This document shows positions 58,081-64,000 of a stretch of DNA of 64,000 nt, piece after piece. The notes beneath the pieces were generated by a model that was given only the letters and a program-made list of their open reading frames with translations, did not search any database and was not told the DNA's origin. Numbering within the stretch: position 1 is the stretch's first letter; every line of letters begins with the position of its first letter. Both the position numbers and the translations under genes were made by a program. The DNA comes from Acidobacteriota bacterium (GTDB lineage Bacteria; Acidobacteriota; UBA6911; RPQK01; JAJDTT01). The stretch spans positions 128,001 through 192,000 of the forward strand of contig CBDCJH010000002.1 of assembly GCA_965217775.1 (NCBI GenBank), written 5' to 3'.

Positions 58081-59835
58081 GTGCTGGCTCTACTGTCCCT
58101 GCTCCCCATTGCCGTCGTCGGTCTCTTCCTGGTCGGACTGCGTTGGCCGGCCAGCCGGGCCATGCCCATCTCCTACTTCACCGCGGCGGGACTGGCGCTC
58201 CTGGTCTGGAAGGTCCCGCCGGCTCAGGTGGCGGCCGCCTCGGTGAACGGCCTGGTGGTTGCCCTCTCCCTGCTCTATATCGTGTTCGGGGCCATCCTGC
58301 TCCTGAACACCCTGGAACAAAGCGGGGCGTTGGGAACCATTCGCCGCATCTTTACCGAGATCACCCCGGACCGCCGGATCCAGGTCATCATCATCGCCTG
58401 GCTCTTCGGCTCCTTCATCGAAGGGGCGGCCGGTTTCGGGACGCCGGCGGCGGTGGCGGTGCCGCTCCTGGTGGCCCTCGGGTTTCCGGCCCTCGGCGCC
58501 GTGATGTCCGGAATGATCATCCAGAGCACTCCAGTCTCCTTCGGAGCCGTCGGGACCCCCATCCTGGTGGGCGTGAGCACGGGACTCTCGGCGGATCCCT
58601 CCGTCGTTGCCTTCGCCTCCCAGGCCGGCTATCCGGACTGGTCGCAGTTCCTGACCATGATCGGGACCAAGGTCGCCTTGCTTCACACGGTGACGGGCGC
58701 CCTGGTCCCGCTCTTCGTGCTGGCACTTCTGACCCGATTCTTCGGCCGGAATCGTTCCTACCGGGAGGGCCTCCAGGTCTGGCGGTTCGCGCTCTTCGCC
58801 TCCTTCGCCATGACGCTTCCCTATCTGCTGGTGGCATGGCTTTTGGGGCCCGAATTCCCCTCCATGTTCGGAGGACTGGCCGGACTGGCCGTCGTGGGCG
58901 GGGCCGCCAAGAGGGGTTTTCTCATGCCCGACCCGGAGGAGTGCTGGGAGTTCGACGACCGGGCGCGGTGGCCGGCGGAGTGGTCCGGCACGGTCCGGGT
59001 CGGAGGCTCCGGCGGCGCCCGCACGGACCTGGGTGCACTGCGGTCATGGCTCCCGTACCTGCTGGTGGGCGTGCTTCTGGTCCTGACTCGTCTGCGGGAA
59101 CTGCCGTTTCTGGGCTGGGTCAATTCCTGGACCATCACCCTGACCGACCTCTTCGGGACCGGTATCACGGCGTCGGTGCGTCCCCTCTACCTTCCGGGAA
59201 CCATCTTCATCCTGGTCTGCTGCGTGACCTTTTTTCTCCATTCCATGGAGTGGCCGCGCTTCCGCTCGGCTTGGAGCAAGTCGGCCCGGACCATGTTGAC
59301 GGCGTCCGCCGCGCTGGTCTTCACGGTGCCCATGGTCCAGGTCTTCATCCACAGCGGGGGAGGGGATTCGGGCTTGGAGAAGATGCCCATCGTTCTGGCC
59401 GACGGGGTGGCCGCCGTGGCCGGCTCCGCATGGCCCTTCTTCTCACCCCTCATCGGGGGCTTGGGAGCGTTCGTCGCCGGCAGCAATACGGTGAGCAACA
59501 TGATGTTCTCCCTGTTCCAGTTCGGGGTGGGAGAGAGGATCGGCGTCGATCCCACCTGGGTGGTGGCGCTTCAGGCCGTGGGCGGGGCCGCCGGCAACAT
59601 GATCTGCGTCCACAACGTGGTGGCGGCCTCGGCCGTGGTGGGGCTGGTGGGCCGCGAGGGCCTGGTGTTGCGCAAGACGCTGATTCCCTTTGCCTACTAC
59701 GCTCTTTTGCCGGGAGCCCTGGGATATTCGATCCTCTGGTCCGCCGAACGTGGCTTGGCCAATGCAGGCGTCTTCGTGGCGTTGGCCGTCTGGACGGCTG
59801 CGGTCTACCTGATCGCCACCCACCGGAGGGGGTAG
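58081..59835 (+). CDS. L-lactate/glycolate permease (LldP/GlcA family)
   Basis: '[10 protein letters not shown]', '[10 protein letters not shown]', 'AGSNTVSN', 'GGAAGNMIC'. Confidence 0.94.
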   Translation: MLALLSLLPIAVVGLFLVGLRWPASRAMPISYFTAAGLALLVWKVPPAQVAAASVNGLVVALSLLYIVFGAILLLNTLEQSGALGTIRRIFTEITPDRRIQVIIIAWLFGSFIEGAAGFGTPAAVAVPLLVALGFPALGAVMSGMIIQSTPVSFGAVGTPILVGVSTGLSADPSVVAFASQAGYPDWSQFLTMIGTKVALLHTVTGALVPLFVLALLTRFFGRNRSYREGLQVWRFALFASFAMTLPYLLVAWLLGPEFPSMFGGLAGLAVVGGAAKRGFLMPDPEECWEFDDRARWPAEWSGTVRVGGSGGARTDLGALRSWLPYLLVGVLLVLTRLRELPFLGWVNSWTITLTDLFGTGITASVRPLYLPGTIFILVCCVTFFLHSMEWPRFRSAWSKSARTMLTASAALVFTVPMVQVFIHSGGGDSGLEKMPIVLADGVAAVAGSAWPFFSPLIGGLGAFVAGSNTVSNMMFSLFQFGVGERIGVDPTWVVALQAVGGAAGNMICVHNVVAASAVVGLVGREGLVLRKTLIPFAYYALLPGALGYSILWSAERGLANAGVFVALAVWTAAVYLIATHRRG

Positions 59836-59878
59836 TCGCGGAATCCCTGGCGGGTGTTGCGTCCGGCCGGACCCGTGT

Positions 59879-61198
59879 TCAGGAAGCGCCCGCCCGGGCC
59901 ATTTCCAGGGCTCGGGTGGTCACGAAGTACTTGGAGATCATGTTGGTGATCTCCCATTGGGGCATGGATCCCGACTCCAGGAAACCAAGGTACTTGCTCG
60001 CCACTTCTCCGAAGTGGGCCTCGTGCCCGACACGGTAGCGGTCGGGAATCGACACCTGCCAGCCCGATTCCAATGGCTCCAGGGCCAAGCCGGGATATCG
60101 ATCGGAGATTTCCTCGATGAAACGCCGCAGTCCATTCTCCAGCGTTCCGGAGTCGGCCCCCGGGGCGGGCTGGACCGACAACTCGGGCCGAAACGTCTGT
60201 TCCTCCCCCTGAAGGATGCAGAGATGGGCCTGGGTCCCGCGAATCACCGAGAAGTGGGTGTCGCCGCCTCCGCTGGGCGCCTCGAAATCCCAGGCCACCC
60301 AGATCCTGGCGTGGAGGTCGTCCACCCGGAAGAGGATCTCTCCGTTGCAGAAATAGGGCAGGCAGCCATCCCGGTCCAGTTTCTTCCGCAGGTAAGGAGG
60401 GAAATCGTCCTGGCCCGTGATCTGACCGTACTGCTCCCGGCTCAGGACCGTGGGCCAATGGCGGGCCGCCAGGACCTGGATTCGCGAGCGGTCGACCGCC
60501 TCCCCGGGGAATCCCTGCCACAATACGAGGTCCACCAGATGAGTGGACACGTCCACGATCCCTTCGCCCTGCTGTTCGATGTCGAAGTACCACTCGGGGC
60601 GGATCAAGGTCTGGCCGGCGACCTCCTTGTAGAGATGGTGGACGCTCTCCTTGACCATTCCCGGATCTCGGGAGTCTCCACGGACGGGCGTGCCGATGAC
60701 GTGTGGACAGCGGGCCAACTCCCGCTGCAGGATCGTCGTGATCTCGAAGCGCTCGGTCATGATGTCGTAGATCAGGAGTCCCTTCTCTTCTGCTGTCGAG
60801 AAGGCGCTCTCCAAAACCTTCCAGGCCCCATGACTGACGCACATGGGTTTGTCCGAGAGGACGTTGAGCCCCGATCGGATGCTCTCGTTGAGGTACTGAG
60901 TCTTTCGCCGATTGTTTCCCGCCACCACCACCACGTTGCCGGGCCGGCGCCTCAACATGCGTTCCAGGTAATCGGCCCCCTTGTAGATCTCCTGCCGCCA
61001 GCAGGTCGGGTCCTGCTCCCGCCGGTTGAAACCCTCGACTCTCCGGACGTGGTCCCGGACCTCCGGTCCATCGGGAGCAAAGACGTGCACTTCCGGCGAC
61101 ACCTGGGAGTAGGAGGTCTTCAGCACCAGCGTCGCGTGGAAGTGGCCTGGATTCAATATGATGAGTCGGACGGGACGGGATTCTTGTGAATCTTTCAT
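59879..61198 (-). CDS. Gfo/Idh/MocA-related oxidoreductase
   Basis: 'PGHFHA', 'VLSDKPM', 'DIMTER', 'GHEAHF'. Confidence 0.8.
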   Translation of the reverse strand: MKDSQESRPVRLIILNPGHFHATLVLKTSYSQVSPEVHVFAPDGPEVRDHVRRVEGFNRREQDPTCWRQEIYKGADYLERMLRRRPGNVVVVAGNNRRKTQYLNESIRSGLNVLSDKPMCVSHGAWKVLESAFSTAEEKGLLIYDIMTERFEITTILQRELARCPHVIGTPVRGDSRDPGMVKESVHHLYKEVAGQTLIRPEWYFDIEQQGEGIVDVSTHLVDLVLWQGFPGEAVDRSRIQVLAARHWPTVLSREQYGQITGQDDFPPYLRKKLDRDGCLPYFCNGEILFRVDDLHARIWVAWDFEAPSGGGDTHFSVIRGTQAHLCILQGEEQTFRPELSVQPAPGADSGTLENGLRRFIEEISDRYPGLALEPLESGWQVSIPDRYRVGHEAHFGEVASKYLGFLESGSMPQWEITNMISKYFVTTRALEMARAGAS

Positions 61199-61287
61199 GT
61201 CGATTTCCGTGCAGTCGGCGACATTTTGACCTCCCGGCGCCGCCAATGGCAAGCTGCCGAAACCAAGTTCTCTATAATGGATCCCGT

Positions 61288-62157
61288 GTGCCGGATCTAA
61301 CGGGTGAGCTTCAATTCAGGTTGAGGGGCCACGTCCAGTTCCTGGCCGGAGTCGTGGGGGAGAGAAATTCGCGCCGCTACCGCCGTCTGGAGCGGGCCAG
61401 GGAATACATCGAAGAAGTCTTCACTCAGTCCGGATATTGGATCGGCCACGATCTGTACGAATGCGGCGGAAAGGAGTATCGCAACGTCGTCGCCACTATT
61501 CCCGGTGCCGACTCCGGTGCTCCGGTTCTGGTGGTGGGCGCCCACTACGACACGGCGTGGGGTTCTCCAGGTGCCGACGACAACGCCAGCGGTGTGGCGG
61601 TTCTCATGGAACTGGCACGGATCCTGGTGGACGAACCGGCCGCCGCGTCGATCCGTTGGGTGGCGTTCACCTTGGAGGAGTCTCCCCATTTCAAGACCGA
61701 TTCCATGGGGAGCCGGGTATACGCCCGACGCTGCCGGCAGCGGGGAGATTCGATTCGGGGAATGATCTCGCTGGAGATGGTGGGCTGCTACAGCAGCGCC
61801 CGCAGGTCTCAGGGTCACCCCATTTCTCTGATGCGCTGGTTCTACCCCGACCGGGGAAACTTCATCGCCGTGGCCGGAAACTACGCGTCACGGAGCCTGG
61901 TCCGGCGTCTGTCCCGTCTGCTCTCGGCCCACGGGGAGTTGCCGGTGGAGCACATCGCCCTCCCCTTCGTTCCCGGCGTCGACCTCTCGGACAACTGGTC
62001 CTTTTGGGAAGAGGGTTACCCGGCCCTGATGGTGACGGACACGGCCTTCTTCCGGAATCGACACTACCATCGTTCCACGGATCGGCCGGAGACCCTGGAC
62101 TATCGGTCCATGGAGCTCCTGGTGCGGGGACTGGCGGAGGCCCTGTTCCGGTTGTGA
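61288..62157 (+). CDS. M28 family peptidase
   Basis: GAHYD, GADDNASG, TLEE, SLEMVG, SDNWSF, YH..TD; TATAAT at 61273-61278 just upstream. Confidence 0.9.
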   Translation: MPDLTGELQFRLRGHVQFLAGVVGERNSRRYRRLERAREYIEEVFTQSGYWIGHDLYECGGKEYRNVVATIPGADSGAPVLVVGAHYDTAWGSPGADDNASGVAVLMELARILVDEPAAASIRWVAFTLEESPHFKTDSMGSRVYARRCRQRGDSIRGMISLEMVGCYSSARRSQGHPISLMRWFYPDRGNFIAVAGNYASRSLVRRLSRLLSAHGELPVEHIALPFVPGVDLSDNWSFWEEGYPALMVTDTAFFRNRHYHRSTDRPETLDYRSMELLVRGLAEALFRL

Positions 62158-62162
62158 AAGAG

Positions 62163-62321
62163 CAGTCCGTGGTGAAAGTCGCGCGAGTACCGAGACCGTT
62201 CCTGCGCCCGCCGGACAAGGCGCTTCGGAGGGAGCATACCGGGAGTATGTGAGCCGATAGCAACGCAGTCCGCCGGGATGCAGGGACGGTCGAATGCCGC
62301 GACGACTTTTGCCACCGGCTG
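62163..62321 (-). mobile_element. MITE-like element copy 6 (subtype B), 159 bp, no intact target duplication
   Basis: Same sequence family; flanks AGAG/CCAG differ; one substitution in the terminus. Confidence 0.88.
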
Positions 62322-62327
62322 CCAGTC

Positions 62328-63059
62328 TCAGCCGGTAGCCCGTTTCGCGAGTTCGGCGATGCGGCGGCGGCATTCCTTCCGGGCTTGCTGGAGCCTGGTC
62401 AAATCGGGTCCGTGCGTGCGCAGGCACTCCAGCACCACCTCCTCGGCAGCGACGAATTCCGGGCAGATACGAGCCACTTCGGAGGCGATTTCCCCGGGTA
62501 TGTTCGTCACGCCGTTGGCGTCGCCGTGGAGCAGGTCGCCCGGGCGCACGGTGAGCCCGCCGACGTGCACCGGGACGTCCACGTCCAGGGTGTGACAATA
62601 GCCGTGGGAGCAGTTGGTGCCGCTGCTGAAGACGGGGAAGCCGATTTGCCGGACCTGGTCGAGGTCGCGGCCCGTCCCACTGGTGATGAGCCCGACGGCG
62701 CCGAAGGTCTGGTATGAGGTGCACATTACTTCGCCGAAAGTGGCCGCCGTCGACGGATCGTCCAGGTCCTGAAACACGATGACATGCGGTCCGGAGCGCT
62801 CTTGTAGAACGGAAAGCTGTTTCTGCATGGCGTCGTAAATGTCCAATCCCTGAGGCGGCGCCGAGGAGCGATAGGTGGCGGTGGACGCATACCCCACCAT
62901 GGGGGGCATCTCGGGGAAGTGGGCCTTGATTCTCTGGTCCATGTAGCCGGAGGTCCTGGGACGCACGCCGAAGAGCTCGATCACGTTGCAGATGGTCGGG
63001 GTGTCATATTGCCTCAGCATCGCCAGGACGTCCGGCGGCAACGGGCTGGATTCGTTCAT
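62328..63059 (-). CDS. RraA/HMG aldolase family protein
   Basis: 'DTPTICN', 'FGEVM', 'RDLDQV', 'VRPGDLLHGDANGV'. Confidence 0.9.
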   Translation of the reverse strand: MNESSPLPPDVLAMLRQYDTPTICNVIELFGVRPRTSGYMDQRIKAHFPEMPPMVGYASTATYRSSAPPQGLDIYDAMQKQLSVLQERSGPHVIVFQDLDDPSTAATFGEVMCTSYQTFGAVGLITSGTGRDLDQVRQIGFPVFSSGTNCSHGYCHTLDVDVPVHVGGLTVRPGDLLHGDANGVTNIPGEIASEVARICPEFVAAEEVVLECLRTHGPDLTRLQQARKECRRRIAELAKRATG

Positions 63060-63196
63060 GTCTTCTCCTTGTCAGCGGTTATGGCGTCGACTCGCAAGTT
63101 GCAGTCGATTCGGCTAAGAGGATACTTTACGTGTGCCTGCCGACATTGGCTATCAGGACCGGGGCTGTCCCGAGCCGGGAAGAACAAGAGGAGGTC

Positions 63197-63976
63197 ATGA
63201 GAACGAACAAGATCTTGCACAGACTCAGGAATGACGAGCCGGTGATGCTGGCCTGTCCCACTCCCTATCCCTCGCCCAAGCTCATCGAGATGATCGGCCT
63301 CATTGGATTCGACGGCGTTTGGATCGATATGGAGCACCAGGACTACGACTACGACCAGCTCTTCGCCATGGGACTGGCCTGCCGAGCCTCCGGGATGGAC
63401 CCTTTGGTCCGAATGAGGAAGGGCCCGTATTGGAGTTATTTCCGCTGTCTCGAGGCGGGGGCGAACGGCATCATGGTTCCCCACGTCTGCTCGGCGGCGG
63501 CGGCGCGCGACGTGGTTCGCAACAGCCGCTTTCATCCCCTGGGACAGCGGGGCATGGATGGCGTGGAAGTCGCCTCCAACTACGGAATGGAGGCCATGCC
63601 CGAGTACATGGCTTCCGCCAACGAGGAGACCCTGGTCTCGATTCAGATCGAAGACCGGGAAGGCGTCGAGGCCGTCGATGAAATCCTGGCAGTCGAGGGG
63701 CTCGACGGAATCATGGTGGGACCCGGCGATCTGACCCAGAGCTATGGCATCCCCACCCAAGGGGGACATCCCCTCATCGTCCAGGCCGTGGACCGGGTCG
63801 CCGAGGCCTGCCGCCGTCACGGCAAGTGGTGGGGCATTCCGGTAGCGAGTCCGGAAGCGGCCATGCCCTACTACGAGAAGGGAGCCCGGTTCTTCGTCTG
63901 CGGGGCGGCCATCATCATTCTGCAACAGGGATATTCCCGGATCTGGAAGGAATTTACCGACACCTTCCGTTCCTGA
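63197..63976 (+). CDS. HpcH/HpaI aldolase family protein
   Basis: 'GFDGVWIDMEH', 'GIMVPHV', 'QIED', 'MVGPGDL'; GAGGAGG RBS. Confidence 0.92.
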   Translation: MRTNKILHRLRNDEPVMLACPTPYPSPKLIEMIGLIGFDGVWIDMEHQDYDYDQLFAMGLACRASGMDPLVRMRKGPYWSYFRCLEAGANGIMVPHVCSAAAARDVVRNSRFHPLGQRGMDGVEVASNYGMEAMPEYMASANEETLVSIQIEDREGVEAVDEILAVEGLDGIMVGPGDLTQSYGIPTQGGHPLIVQAVDRVAEACRRHGKWWGIPVASPEAAMPYYEKGARFFVCGAAIIILQQGYSRIWKEFTDTFRS

Positions 63977-64000
63977 CGGTTGCGGCGGTCCGGGACCGCT

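Overview
High-GC (roughly 65% by eye) bacterial chromosome segment. Gene content suggests Acidobacteriota (inference). Most of the window is ordinary: NfuA, a tetraether-synthase-like radical SAM enzyme, a LolA-like/FtsX-type ABC cluster, peptidases, a Gld-type ABC cluster, TetR-RND efflux, GMC oxidoreductase, thiolase, MutM, malate synthase and a lactate/glycolate permease. Two non-coding signals stand out. (1) A 158-160 bp self-complementary MITE-like element occurs in six full copies and one remnant. Five copies have 4-bp target duplications, and the element's end matches the end of an IS1182-like transposase remnant. (2) An accessory island (about 34.1-40.6 kb) contains four directly oriented copies of a 25-bp imperfect palindrome (RAGAARGGGAYAGTCTAYTTCTCCC). 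These sit at the junctions between intact toxin-antitoxin modules and truncated gene fragments, which looks like a non-integron cassette-capture array. This is the best candidate for an undescribed system. No rRNA, tRNA or CRISPR array was recognised. All product calls come from motif recognition, not database searches.
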